A stretch of 64,000 nt of DNA from an uncultured delta proteobacterium. Its GTDB lineage: Bacteria; Desulfobacterota; Binatia; UBA9968. This document shows positions 38,427-49,600 of this stretch, piece after piece. Each line of letters starts with the position of its first letter. Within the stretch, counting starts at the first letter, position 1. The position numbers and the translations under genes were made by a program. The notes below the pieces were generated by a model that ran no database searches, was not told the DNA's origin, and saw only the letters and a program-made list of their open reading frames with translations. The stretch is taken from contig CAVTUQ010000002.1 of the NCBI GenBank assembly GCA_963737905.1, positions 384,001 through 448,000 of the forward strand, written 5' to 3'.

Positions 38427-39047
38427 CTATTTTTTTGCCGCGGCCTTAGCTTTTTCCTCCGCCACTTTTTTTCGCTCGGCTTCGTCCAAAAAGCGATACG
38501 TGGTTGCCAACGTTGAGATGTCCAAAGCGACTTGGTCGCCGCCCACTTTGGGATTCTTCAGGTCAATATTATTGATGTTCACAAGCCGGTTTAATTTGCC
38601 GACTTCGTCAAAAAAGGTCACCGCATTAAAAAATCCGCCCCGCACGACGATGTCCACCGGTATCTCGGCATAAAACTCTTGAAAGTTCTCGGCTCGAGGC
38701 CGAAAGAGCAAGATCTCCAAACCCGCTTCCCTGGCTTTCGTCGAAAGACTGCTCAAAAGGTCGGGAATCTCCTTGCGATCGGGTAACTGCGCGACCGCGG
38801 CCTTGAGTTTTCCATCCCACTCTTGCAACTCTTTCTGTAACTTCGGGAGATTAGCCGAAAGCGCTTTCTTTCGGTCACGGTCGCCTCGTATGCTCGCGAT
38901 CTCCTCGGTTGATTTGTTCACCTTCTCGTCCCCGGGAAGGTAAACGTAGAAGTACCCAACAATCAGAAAAAAGATAATCAGACCTGCCAGGATTCCGATT
39001 TTCTGCTGCCGGGGAAGTCTAAGAATCTGTGTTAGGAATTGGTTCAC
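38427..39047 (-). CDS. pilO: Type IV pilus assembly protein PilO
   Basis: QLPDRKEIPDLL, FYAEIPV and LNRLVNI. Confidence 0.93.
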   Translation of the reverse strand: MNQFLTQILRLPRQQKIGILAGLIIFFLIVGYFYVYLPGDEKVNKSTEEIASIRGDRDRKKALSANLPKLQKELQEWDGKLKAAVAQLPDRKEIPDLLSSLSTKAREAGLEILLFRPRAENFQEFYAEIPVDIVVRGGFFNAVTFFDEVGKLNRLVNINNIDLKNPKVGGDQVALDISTLATTYRFLDEAERKKVAEEKAKAAAKK

Positions 39048-39655
39048 CTTGAGTTATCTTTCCTTGGTGTGGGAACACTTATCGACTTTACCGCGCTCGT
39101 CGATGGAGTATTGGGTTGATAGGTGAGTCGTGACTTGATCAAGAAACGCCTCGGTGGCAAACCTGCCTGCTGGTTTTGGGTTGTTTCCACCAGCTCCGTA
39201 TTGGTGAAATAAGCATGGGAAGCTAATGCCTTGAGAAATTCAGCGATGGTCTGATTATCCACCGCCACTCCTGTGATAGTCAGATTCCCGCCTATTTCCT
39301 TGAACTCGGTCAGCCACAAGGCACTTGGAGTGGCAAGGGCGAGGCTTTCCATGACTCGCACAGGCCCGGACTTCTTCTTGTTGATATCGTCAATGACTTT
39401 GTTCTTGCCTTGAAACTCTTTAATCTTCCTTTGTAGCTCCGCAACATCCTTCGCCTTGACATTCAGAACTTGGAGCTCCTTCCGAAGGTCATCCAACCCC
39501 TTTTCGAGCGTGGAAGCCTGGCGCCATTGGTAGACATAAACACCAAGAATCAAACCCGCCGTCAGCGCCAGGGAGACGCCGCCGACCACGAGCTCGCGAC
39601 GACGCACCACCTCCGCTTTCAGTTCCTTAACAGGAAGAAGATTGATCCGTATCAT
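39044..39655 (-). CDS. pilN: Type IV pilus assembly protein PilN
   Basis: MIRINLLP motif, TM helix and coiled coil. Confidence 0.93.
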   Translation of the reverse strand: MIRINLLPVKELKAEVVRRRELVVGGVSLALTAGLILGVYVYQWRQASTLEKGLDDLRKELQVLNVKAKDVAELQRKIKEFQGKNKVIDDINKKKSGPVRVMESLALATPSALWLTEFKEIGGNLTITGVAVDNQTIAEFLKALASHAYFTNTELVETTQNQQAGLPPRRFLIKSRLTYQPNTPSTSAVKSISVPTPRKDNSR

Positions 39656-40755
39656 TTGTCGCCCGGTCTCCTGATGGCCAACCCGATGGCTACTCCTAAC
39701 ACCGGCGCTACTTCTGCTACGGATGCTTGGTTAAGGTTCTTGCTTAGGCGAAAATTACGAAGCGGTTCCGCGAGCTGCACCGGCACCCCAAGCCTTTCCT
39801 CCAGGACCGAGGTCAAGCCAACAACCTTGGCTCCGCCACCCGTTAAGTAAATGTTTCGAATGCCTTCTTCCGAAGCTATAGCACCGTACAAGCTCAGGGT
39901 TCGCTGGATGTCCTCTGCCAATGACTGTGCCGCAGGTCTTAAAAGCGCTTGCAAGTCCGACCCCTTGTCCCCATTCATGAGTCCCGCGACCTTAAACGTC
40001 TCCGCTTCCTCATCCGAGATCTGCATCGCCCTCCTTAAACTATCGGTAAACTCCTGCCCGCCTACAGGCAGGTCGCCCGTAAAGGTGGAGATTCCATTGC
40101 TGATCACGTTGATGCTCGTGTAGCGGGCGCCGATGTGGATGAGGCCGATGACTTCGCCGGCGGTTTGCGGCTCGTAATTGGTTTCATACATGCTTTCCAT
40201 TGCAAAATAGTCAACGTCAATGATTGCCGGTGTGAGTCCGGCAGCTTCGACCACTTCTGCGAAACTGTTGACGATCTCTTTTTTGACCGCCACGAGCAGC
40301 ACTTCCATTTTGTTTCCGCCCTCGAGATAACCGAGGACTTGATAATCGAGATTGACGTTCTCGAGATTCTCTGGAATGAGCTTATTCGCCTCAAACTCGA
40401 CATTAGCTTCGAGTTCATCTTCGTCTTGCCGAGGCATCTGAATCTTCTTGATGATGACCGCCCTTCCTGGAACGGCTGAAATCACCTTGCTTGATCTCAC
40501 ACCGTGCTGCTGGATGAGCTTTCGTATCGCCTCTGCCACCAAGCGCCCTTCCACGACCATGTTGTTTTGCACCGCTCCAGGGGGAAGAGATAAGATGCCG
40601 GCGTTTAACAAGCGGCACCCGCTCTTATCCACCGTTGCTTCGACCATTTTGACTGAGCTCGAGCCGATGTCGAACGCAACATAGCCATCCTTTTGCCCGA
40701 TGGACCTCAAAAAACCGAGATTCAATTTGCTCGAGAGACCCGTCATCGTGATCAC
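39652..40755 (-). CDS. pilM: Type IV pilus assembly protein PilM
   Basis: DIGSSSVK, VLLVAVKK, IYLTGGGA and GLAIR actin-like fold. Confidence 0.93.
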   Translation of the reverse strand: MITMTGLSSKLNLGFLRSIGQKDGYVAFDIGSSSVKMVEATVDKSGCRLLNAGILSLPPGAVQNNMVVEGRLVAEAIRKLIQQHGVRSSKVISAVPGRAVIIKKIQMPRQDEDELEANVEFEANKLIPENLENVNLDYQVLGYLEGGNKMEVLLVAVKKEIVNSFAEVVEAAGLTPAIIDVDYFAMESMYETNYEPQTAGEVIGLIHIGARYTSINVISNGISTFTGDLPVGGQEFTDSLRRAMQISDEEAETFKVAGLMNGDKGSDLQALLRPAAQSLAEDIQRTLSLYGAIASEEGIRNIYLTGGGAKVVGLTSVLEERLGVPVQLAEPLRNFRLSKNLNQASVAEVAPVLGVAIGLAIRRPGDK

Positions 40756-40946
40756 TCAAAAACTCTTTGCTTTTGATGAAACTTCAACCCCAGAGCTAAG
40801 AGAATTTTTCTCTTCGTCGCCATCCGGCACGGTTTTCCTTTCTCTATGCGATCTATAGTGAGGGGGGAGAGCCCTGCCATGCGTGCGAGCTCTGCCTTGC
40901 TTAACATCTTGGCTTCGCGGATTTTCTTGACGTTGTTCTCGACCAT
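40752..40946 (-). CDS. Small XRE-family helix-turn-helix protein
   Basis: NNVKKIREAKMLSKAELARMAGLSPLTIDRIEKG; its stop overlaps the pilM start. Confidence 0.88.
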   Translation of the reverse strand: MVENNVKKIREAKMLSKAELARMAGLSPLTIDRIEKGKPCRMATKRKILLALGLKFHQKQRVFE

Positions 40947-41222
40947 GCGCTCAAAACTTTTCGGGCGGGATGCGTGATCGCGAGGAATTGTAATATTCAA
41001 TCAAACCATTCACATCGACAAAATTAATCTTAATTATCACTAATTATGAAAGTCTCGGCGGCTTGGTACGCAATACCTCTGCCATTCAAGGGGGCGGGAG
41101 CTAACCTTTGATTTTTCAATCCGATTCGCCGCACTGGAAAGCACCGGGGTGCACAATCTTTCGCTGATACGACCAATTTTTACAATTTTGAACAATGTAC
41201 GCAGGAGAGACAGACAGGTTGA

Positions 41223-43559
41223 TTGCTTTTGATTGCGCCCACCGATATGAATCCGGACATGAATAAAGAGGCGGGGAAATTTGCTCGGGTCGTTATTCCT
41301 ACGCCTCTCAAAGAGCCTCTGATCTACAAAGTCCCAGACTCGATATGGGATCAAATCAGGACCGGCATGAGGGTATTGATTCCTCTCGGTAAGCGGAAGG
41401 TGACTGGCGTTGTGTTGGAACTGTTACGGGAAACTGTTGTGCCGGAAACGAGAGCGATCCTCGCGCTATTGGATGAGCGACCGATCCTTGACACCGTGCT
41501 TCTCCAGCTGAGTCAGTGGGTCGCGCAGTACTATCTCGCCACCCTGGGAGAAGTATTCGGCACCCTCTTGCCGCCAAGCCTGAGACGCGAGATTGAGAGA
41601 ACGATCGCGTTAAAGCCAGGAGTCTTTTCCGTTTGCGACGCCTTGGAAAAACGTATTCTTGATCGGCTTCGTCAAAGTAAAGGAAAGCTCAGTGTCAAAA
41701 GGATGACGCGAGAAATGGCCGGCGGCAACTTTTATGGCGCCCTCGAACGGCTCGAATCAGTGGGCGCCGTTGAGATTCGCGAGCGGCTACCGGGCCACCG
41801 CGCTGAAGCAGAAAAGACGTTCTCCGAATCCGGTGGAACACCGACTTCGGAGACTCAACCTCGGTTCGTCCTCAATTCGGAACAGGAAAGGGCTTTCCGC
41901 AGGGTTGAACATCGCCTGAAGGAAGGCGGTTTTGAAACTTTCCTTCTTCACGGTGTAACGGGGAGCGGCAAGACCGAAGTTTATCTCCGCGCCATGGAGC
42001 AGGCGCGGCGCGGTGGGCGGGGCAGTCTTATACTGATTCCGGAGATCTCGCTGACGCCCCAGCTGATCGATCGTCTCAATGCACGCTTTCCGGGTAGAGT
42101 CGGGATTTTGCACAGTGCTCTCTCCGGAGCGGAGCGCTGGGCACACTGGTGGCGCATCGTTCGCGGTAGGGTTGACGTTGTGGTCGGCGCTCGTTCAGCA
42201 GTTTTTGCGCCGCTCCCGAACCTCGGACTTATCATCGTCGATGAGGAGCATGATCCCTCTTACAAACAGGAGGAGGGACTCCGATACAACGGACGTGACG
42301 TTGCCGTCGTGCGCGGCAAGTTGTCGGCCTGCCCGGTCATTTTAGGATCTGCAACGCCGGCCATTGAAAGCTATCAAAACTCCCGAGACGGACGCTATCG
42401 GCTTTTGGAGATGAAAGAGCGAGTTCAACAGCGACCTCTTCCGTCTATAGAGACCGTCGATCTCAGATCAACGTTCGAAGGGCGGCGCCCGCCAAGCACC
42501 GGCAAAGCTCCATTGGGGACACATTCGTTGCCGGCGGAACCGTCGGGCGAGCAGCCACTGATCTCGGATCGGCTTGCGGCGTTGCTGCGAAAGAATTATC
42601 AAGCTTCGCGGCAGAGCCTGATCTTCCTCAACCGGCGAGGATTTTCGAATTTCCTGCAATGCATTTTTTGTGGTCACGTATTGCGCTGTTCCTATTGCAG
42701 CGTGACCCTCACCCTTCACAGGAAGCACAAAAGCGTCTGCTGTCATCACTGCAATTTCCGCCGGGCCGCCACGGCGCTTTGTCCTGAATGCGGCAATCGG
42801 ACTCTTTCGGGTGTGGGTGTTGGAACCGAGCAGATCGAAGAGGCGCTGCATCGCCTTGTGCCGGAAGCGCGCATCGCCCGCATGGACCGAGACACGACAA
42901 GCAAAAGAGGATCTCACGAAGAATTAATTCGGAGTTGGGAAAAGGGCGAGACCGACATCCTGGTCGGTACCCAAATGATTACCAAAGGACATGATGTCAC
43001 CGGCGTGACACTGGTGGGCGCGCTGCTTGCCGACCTGTCGCTCAACTTACCGGATTTCCGCTCCGGCGAGAGGACCTTTCAGTTATTGAGCCAAGTCGCA
43101 GGAAGATCCGGCAGAGGCGATGAGCCAGGAACCGTCATCATTCAAACGTACGCGCCGGATCACTATGTGATTCAACACTTGATCCGCCATGATTACAAAG
43201 GTTTCTTTGCTGCAGAAATCGACTTCCGGCGCGCGTTAAATTACCCGCCTTTCAACCGGCTCGTATGTCTCAAATTGGAGGGTCCAAAATTCGAGGAGGT
43301 GGAAAAGAAGGCCAGAATGCTTGGCGCGACCTTGCGTGACAAAACAACTAAGAATGCCCAACTTGGAGAGAAAATCGAAATCCTTGGGCCGGCGACCGCG
43401 CCCATCGAAAAGCTGCGCAATCATTATCGCTGGCAACTTCTTCTAAAGGGAAAACAAAGCTCTTCGTTGCTCGATCTTGCCAAACAAGCACGCGAGGTGC
43501 TTCCCCGATCGCGTAGCATTCGCCTCCACATTGATGTCGATCCCTACAACATGTTATGA
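41223..43559 (+). CDS. priA: Primosomal protein N'
   Basis: GVTGSGKTEVY, DEEH, four CxxC pairs, GTQMITKGHD and QVAGRSGR. True start probably a few codons downstream. Confidence 0.96.
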   Translation: MLLIAPTDMNPDMNKEAGKFARVVIPTPLKEPLIYKVPDSIWDQIRTGMRVLIPLGKRKVTGVVLELLRETVVPETRAILALLDERPILDTVLLQLSQWVAQYYLATLGEVFGTLLPPSLRREIERTIALKPGVFSVCDALEKRILDRLRQSKGKLSVKRMTREMAGGNFYGALERLESVGAVEIRERLPGHRAEAEKTFSESGGTPTSETQPRFVLNSEQERAFRRVEHRLKEGGFETFLLHGVTGSGKTEVYLRAMEQARRGGRGSLILIPEISLTPQLIDRLNARFPGRVGILHSALSGAERWAHWWRIVRGRVDVVVGARSAVFAPLPNLGLIIVDEEHDPSYKQEEGLRYNGRDVAVVRGKLSACPVILGSATPAIESYQNSRDGRYRLLEMKERVQQRPLPSIETVDLRSTFEGRRPPSTGKAPLGTHSLPAEPSGEQPLISDRLAALLRKNYQASRQSLIFLNRRGFSNFLQCIFCGHVLRCSYCSVTLTLHRKHKSVCCHHCNFRRAATALCPECGNRTLSGVGVGTEQIEEALHRLVPEARIARMDRDTTSKRGSHEELIRSWEKGETDILVGTQMITKGHDVTGVTLVGALLADLSLNLPDFRSGERTFQLLSQVAGRSGRGDEPGTVIIQTYAPDHYVIQHLIRHDYKGFFAAEIDFRRALNYPPFNRLVCLKLEGPKFEEVEKKARMLGATLRDKTTKNAQLGEKIEILGPATAPIEKLRNHYRWQLLLKGKQSSSLLDLAKQAREVLPRSRSIRLHIDVDPYNML

Positions 43560-43574
43560 ATTTTTTATTACTGT

Positions 43575-44117
43575 ATGGCTATTTTGGAGATCCTCAAATA
43601 CCCCGACCCGCGGCTGAGCAGCATCGCCCGGCCAGTCGAGAACATCAACAGCGACATCGTGCGCCTGGTCAACGATATGCTTGAAACGATGTATGCGGCG
43701 CCGGGCGTTGGATTAGCAGCGAATCAAGTCGGAGCGCTCCATCGCATTATTGTCTTGGACGTCGATCACGAAAACCCGCAGAAAAACGTTTACAAGCTCA
43801 TCAATCCCGCCATCGCCCGGTCCGAAGGCGAAATTGTCTGGGAAGAAGGGTGCCTAAGCGTCGTGGATTTTACCGCCGAGGTCCGTCGGGCCGCCCAGGT
43901 GGAGGTCATGGCTCTCGACGAAAACGAAAAGGAAATCAGGATTGAAGCAGAGGGTCTTTTGGCTGTCGCCCTGCAGCACGAGATCGATCACTTGGACGGC
44001 AAACTCTTCATTGACCGTATCAGTCGATTGAAACGGGACCTCTATGCCCGCAAACGTAAAAAAATGCTCCGCACCGGCGCGCCTCCGCGAACGGAAAATC
44101 CGCGGGTCATGATCTAG
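43575..44117 (+). CDS. def: Peptide deformylase
   Basis: GVGLAANQVG, EGCLS and QHEIDHLDG. Confidence 0.97.
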   Translation: MAILEILKYPDPRLSSIARPVENINSDIVRLVNDMLETMYAAPGVGLAANQVGALHRIIVLDVDHENPQKNVYKLINPAIARSEGEIVWEEGCLSVVDFTAEVRRAAQVEVMALDENEKEIRIEAEGLLAVALQHEIDHLDGKLFIDRISRLKRDLYARKRKKMLRTGAPPRTENPRVMI

Positions 44118-44174
44118 TGGTTGTTCTCGACGCCTGTCGAAGTTAGCCCTGTATAAATCGAGCCATCATTTCTC

Positions 44175-45116
44175 ATGTCGACCCCTTGGCCTATTGTCTT
44201 TATGGGAACTCCGCAGATTGCCGCTGCCACACTGGAGCAGCTGATCCTCGGCCCTGATCCCGTGGTCGGCGTCGTCACCCAGCCCGACCGGCCATCGGGC
44301 AGGGGTCAAAAAAGTATCCCATCGCCGGTGCGAAGAGCGGCTGAAAGTGGCCGCATCCCTGTCGTCGCTCCGGAAAAGATCCGTGACCCCGAGTTTCTGA
44401 AAACTTTAATGAAATGGAAGCCCGAGATCATCGTGGTTGTAGCCTATGGACGTATCCTGCCCAAAACGATTCTCGACCTTGCGCCATACGGATGCCTCAA
44501 CGTGCATTATTCGCTTTTGCCGAAGTACCGAGGGGCAGCACCGTCGGCCTGGACAATTATCAATGGAGAGTCGACAGCCGGGGTCACGACCATGAAGCTG
44601 GTCGAGAAAATGGATGCCGGACCGATTTACCTGCAGGACGCTACCGCAGTCGCTCCCGACGAGACGACGGGCTCACTGCAGGCCAAGCTGACGCCCATCG
44701 GCGCTCGTTTACTCCTAGAAACACTGCAGAGACTCAAAGCAGGTTCGTTGATACCGCTGGAGCAAGACGGGACCGGTGTTACGTTTGCTCCGCTCTTGAA
44801 GAAAGAAGATGGTCTCATCGACTGGGCACAGCCCGCAACGATGATCGAACGACGGGTGCGAGGCTTTCACCCTTGGCCCGGCGCCTTCAGTCACATCGGT
44901 GGCAAATTATTAAAAATTCACCGAGCGAAAGTCGTCGCAGCCGACACAACAGGGACTCCAGGCGAAGTCTTGAAAGCCGACACAGAGGGTCTCTGGATCG
45001 CCACCAGCTCCGGCGTTCTTGAACTGGAGGAAGTTCAGCTGGAAAACAGAAAAAGACTTTCTGGTGTCGAATTTTTAAGAGGGGCAAGGATTAAACCCGG
45101 TGATCGCTTCGAATGA
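44175..45116 (+). CDS. fmt: Methionyl-tRNA formyltransferase
   Basis: FMGTP, VTQPDRPSGRG, NVHYSLLPKYRGAAP and MDAGP. Confidence 0.97.
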   Translation: MSTPWPIVFMGTPQIAAATLEQLILGPDPVVGVVTQPDRPSGRGQKSIPSPVRRAAESGRIPVVAPEKIRDPEFLKTLMKWKPEIIVVVAYGRILPKTILDLAPYGCLNVHYSLLPKYRGAAPSAWTIINGESTAGVTTMKLVEKMDAGPIYLQDATAVAPDETTGSLQAKLTPIGARLLLETLQRLKAGSLIPLEQDGTGVTFAPLLKKEDGLIDWAQPATMIERRVRGFHPWPGAFSHIGGKLLKIHRAKVVAADTTGTPGEVLKADTEGLWIATSSGVLELEEVQLENRKRLSGVEFLRGARIKPGDRFE

Positions 45117-46471
45117 GAAAAGAAGCAAAGCCGTTCGCCAGTTTGCAACCGAGATCCTGCTTAAAGTCGATACGAGAAGAGCCTACGCCGACGTCCTTCT
45201 CGATCACAGCCTCGAAGATCCGGCACTTTCCGAACGCGACCGCGCTCTTCTCACAGAGCTGGTTTACGGGACCCTTCGCTGGCGCGGCAAAATCGACGCG
45301 CGCCTGAATCTCTATTTCCGCCGCTCGCAGAATGCCACCGATCCGTTCGTCAGAAACCTTCTTCGCCTTGCCTTTTACCAGCTGCTCTTTCTCGACAAGA
45401 TCCCCGACTACGCGGCCGTCAATGAAGCCGTACAAATGGCCAAAGCCCATCGCGGGGACAAAGTAGCCGGCTTCGTCAACGCCGTTCTCCGTAGCTTCCT
45501 TAGAGAGAAGAACCGAACCCTCGAGCCTCGCCCCACCAACGACTGGCAAGCGGCGCTCGCCATTGAGCACTCTCATCCCCAGTGGATGATTGAACAATGG
45601 CTTGACTATTTCGGCACTCAGGAGACGGAAGCGTTGATGAAAGCCAATAACGAAGCGGCCCCGCTGGTGCTGCGGGTAAATTCTTGCAGGAGCAGCAGAG
45701 AGGCATTGCTCGCTTTGCTGTCAAAGAGTGGCATTTCAGCTGTCGCCACTCGATGGTCGCCGGTGGGAATATGGGTAACGTCGCGCTGCCGGGTGGATCA
45801 ACTCCCGGGTTTCCAGGAAGGTTTATTTCAGGTCCAAGCAGAGGCTTCACAGCTCGTGAGCTATCTTCTTTCCCCCCAAAGGGGCGAACGGATCCTCGAC
45901 GCTTGCGCCGCGCCCGGCGGCAAAACGACCCACATCGCGGAGCTTATGGCGGATACCGGTGAGGTGATCGCGTTGGATAAGTCAGAAAAAGGGATAGAAA
46001 AAATTCGAGAAAACGCGGCCCGGTTGGGGTTGGCATCACTTTGTGCCGGTAAAACCGACGTCAGCCATCCGCTACCCGCTGAATTCCGCAGTCCCTACGA
46101 CCGCATTCTTGTTGACGCGCCCTGCAGCGGTCTCGGTACTCTGAGATCCCACCCCGAAATTAAATGGCATCGAAATGAAACCGACATCAAAAGATTGGGC
46201 CGCTTGCAAAAGACCATTGTCGATCAAGTCATCCACTACCTGAAGCCTGGAGGTGTTTTAGTCTATTCCACCTGCACGCTCACGAAGGATGAGAATGAGA
46301 ACGTTGTCGAAGATTTCCTAGAACACCACAAGGAATTTGTCTTGGACGACGCCGCGGACTTATCTTCCTCAAGAAGCTGGTTCTTTGGTGCGGGGCAGTT
46401 ATTACATGGCCCTACCTCACCGGCATAATACCGACGGTTTTTTCGCCTCGCGCATGAGAAAGATTGGCTAG
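45100..46471 (+). CDS. rsmB: 16S rRNA m5C967 methyltransferase RsmB (1-nt frameshift near 46357)
   Basis: NusB-like N-terminus, DACAAPGGKT, DAPCSGLG and YSTCT. The conserved C-terminus PHRHNTDGFFASRMRK lies in the shifted frame ending at 46471. Confidence 0.92.
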
Positions 46472-46565
46472 ATGAACGCGTTCGATCTTCTATCCTCGAT
46501 CCTCGTTTTTTCGCCCGGCCACGAGCAACTTGTTTTCTCTTCTCGGTATGCTAGGTTGAGCGGGT

Positions 46566-46642
46566 CGGGGCGTGGCTCAGCTTGGTAGAGCGCACGGTTC
46601 GGGACCGTGAAGTCGGTGGTTCAAATCCACTCGCCCCGACCA
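46566..46642 (+). tRNA. tRNA-Pro (anticodon CGG)
   Basis: CGGGGCG/CGCCCCG acceptor stem, D arm GCTC..GAGC, anticodon arm CACGG-TTCGGGA-CCGTG, GGTTCAAATCC T arm and encoded CCA; 77 nt. Confidence 0.97.
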
Positions 46643-46663
46643 AACTTCCTCTCCTCGCACGGA

Positions 46664-49600
46664 TCAGCCGGCTAACTTGACAGCTAAATCTTCGGTTAGG
46701 TTTGGACGAGTCGTTTCAGAAACGTCGAGGGGAAGGGTAACCGTAAAGGTCGAGCCTTTGCCAAGAGTGCTCTCCACTTCGATTTTTCCGTCGATAAGGT
46801 CGACAAATTTCTTAACGATATAGAGCCCGACTCCGGACCCCCCATAGGATCGGGTACTGGAACTATCGAGTTGTCGAAACATCTGGAAAATTGACGGAAT
46901 CAAGTCCTTCGGGATCCCAATTCCCGTGTCTTTTACTTTGAACTCAATGGCCGTTAAAGAATGATTGGTTGAAACCGTCACACTTCCATTCTCAGTAAAT
47001 TTGATGGCATTGTTGATGAGATTCTGGAGAACATGTTTGAGTTTTTCACCGTCCGTCCTGACGATTGGAAGCCTGGAGGGAATATTCCAGTTCAACGAAA
47101 TCTCTTTTTTCGACAAGATCTCGTAGCCTGATTTAACTTCAACCAGAAAATCCAACATGTTTACGTTTTCGCAATGGGCCTTAACCTTGCCGGCCTCGAT
47201 GCTTCCCACTTGAAGAATTTCGTTGATCATCCTGAGCAACTCTCTGGATTGATAGCTAATCGTCTTCACTGCGTGCATCTGCTCCCGTTGGATTTCGCCA
47301 AGTACACCCTGGCTTAGAACTTCAGCATAACCCGTGATCACATTTAGAGGCGTTCTCAGCTCATGGGACATGACGCTGAGAAACTCATCTTTGGCTTGGT
47401 TCGCTTCTTGCAACTCACGGTTCATCTGCCCTAGCTCTGTTGTTTTTTGGTTTACTTGCTCAAAGAGACTCGCATTTTCCGCGGCGACACCGATTTCCTG
47501 GGCTATAGACTCGATCAGCTTCAATTCATCAGCAGCAAAATGACGCCTTGTTTTGTTGGCAAGGTGTAAGACGCCAATGACTTTCTCGTTGGCCTTGATC
47601 GGGAATCCTGCTGCGCTGGCAAATCCGAGAGAGCCTATTTTATGTTGAGCACTGAGGTGATTGTAAGTTGCATCATTCTGAAAATCCTCAAAGACCAATC
47701 GCTCGCCCGTCTCGAAAATCTTGGCGGTGACTCCTGCTGAAAGACTCCTTTTAGAAATGGACCGTGCGATGTCTTCGCCAAGGCCCTTGAACGCCTTGAG
47801 AATGAGTTCCTCTCCAGAAGGATCTAGAATGTAGATCCAGGATGCGTCAAAATTGAGGTTTTCGATCATTTTTCCGATGGCTTCGTTCAGCACCATTTCA
47901 AGATTCAAGGACCGGCTAACCGCCGCACCAATGGTATTAAGCACGGAGAGCTGTCGAGATCTCGTCTCCGATTGGCGGAACAAGCTTGCCTTTTCCACGG
48001 CCACGGCGAGATGTTCGGACATTGAAGTCAACAAGCGCGTTTCATCGCCCGTCAGTTTTCGTGGAGAACGCGCGCTAAAAAGTATGACACCGAAGACGCG
48101 AGCTTGGGTCTTTATCGGAAAGACCCCGAAAAAGCCCAGCCTGGCGTTGAGCGTAGCTCTGGTCGCGCTCAACGCGGTGTACCGTGGGTCCGTGCGGACG
48201 TCTTCAAAGATCATGGGCTCGCCGGACTCGGCAACTCGGCCGATAACGCCCTGCCCGCGCTTCAATACACCGATCCCCGTCAGATGTTCGCTATCTACTT
48301 CATAGGACGCCCGTAACTGCAATTCCTCCATCTCGTCGTCGAATAAGAAAACCCGCGTGCTCTCAAAGTCAAATATCTCCGTGGTCTTTGCGATAACAGC
48401 GTCCAAAATGGCCTCTAGAGCCAAGGATTGGTTCACGGCAGTCGTGACTCCGTAGAGCGCCGATATTTCCTTGGTTCTCTGTTCCACCTTCTGCTCTAAA
48501 GTCGCATAAGAGTTTTGCAGAGCGTCTGTCATTTTATTAAATTCGTCTGCTAAGTTCTCAATTTCATCGCCGGTTTTGATACTGGTCCGGTGGTCCAGGT
48601 TGCCGGCGCCAATCGTCGCAGCACCCTGCCGAAGTTCCTGTATAGGCTTGGTGATCTTTGCGCTTACCCAGGCAATAATAACTGCTCCGATGGCCAAGCC
48701 TACTACCAGGAGCACCGCAGCATAGCGCTTCAATATTTCGACATTAGCCAGCGCTGCATCGATCGGCTCTTCCAGGATAACCGCCCAACCCAACTCTGGC
48801 ACGGGTGCGTACGTGGCCAAAACGGGCTTATCCAGCAGTCCTCGGCCTTCCTGAGCCGGAGTACGGTCGGAACGAGACGGGTTGCGCAAGAATTTTTGCA
48901 CGCCGGCGACTTTCCGGAGGTCGGGCCTTTTCAATACCAGCGTGGCATCGCCATGGGCGATGAGATTTCCATGCTCGTCCACCAAGTAAGCGTACCCCGC
49001 AGTCGCAAACCGGATCTTTCCAATCACTTCCCAGAGAAACGAGAGATCGGCTTCGGCCGAAACCACACCGACGATAGTCTGCGCGTGGCCCCAAAGGGGA
49101 ATCGCCAGCGTGACGTACGGCTGGGCCCGGGCCGAAGTGTAGACCGGGCTTATATAGTCCTCGCCCTTGAGCACTTTGATAAATTTAGGCGATTTACTCT
49201 GATTGGTTAGATCGGAGGGAAAATAAACTTTTCTGTCGGATACCTTCACGACCTCCATACCCCCCGAGTTGATAATGGAAGCGTCGCTGAAACTGCTGTC
49301 GTTTTTGACTAGGAGGCCCAGGAGTAACTGTTGCTCTTTGCTCCCCAATGGATAAAGACTTAAGGCGTTGGCGTTATCCGAAAACCGCTCGATCTTGCGT
49401 CTAACAAAGCTGCGAATGCCCTCGGCGGTGACCGAGGCCAGCTCCGACTGCAACGCCGCGGCGTCTCGCCGGATCTGTCTTACCGTATAAGAATAACCGG
49501 CGACAACAACAGTCGTTAGAGCAATCCCAAAAAGGCTAAGGCCCCACGCCATGAGGCGGCGGCGGATACCGCCGCCACGAAGAGAAACTAGTACTTTTTT

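Noticed and set aside
32431-40755. pilMNOPQ joined to shikimate genes as a novel association
   Set aside because: The pilQ-aro linkage is a long-known conserved arrangement in proteobacteria.
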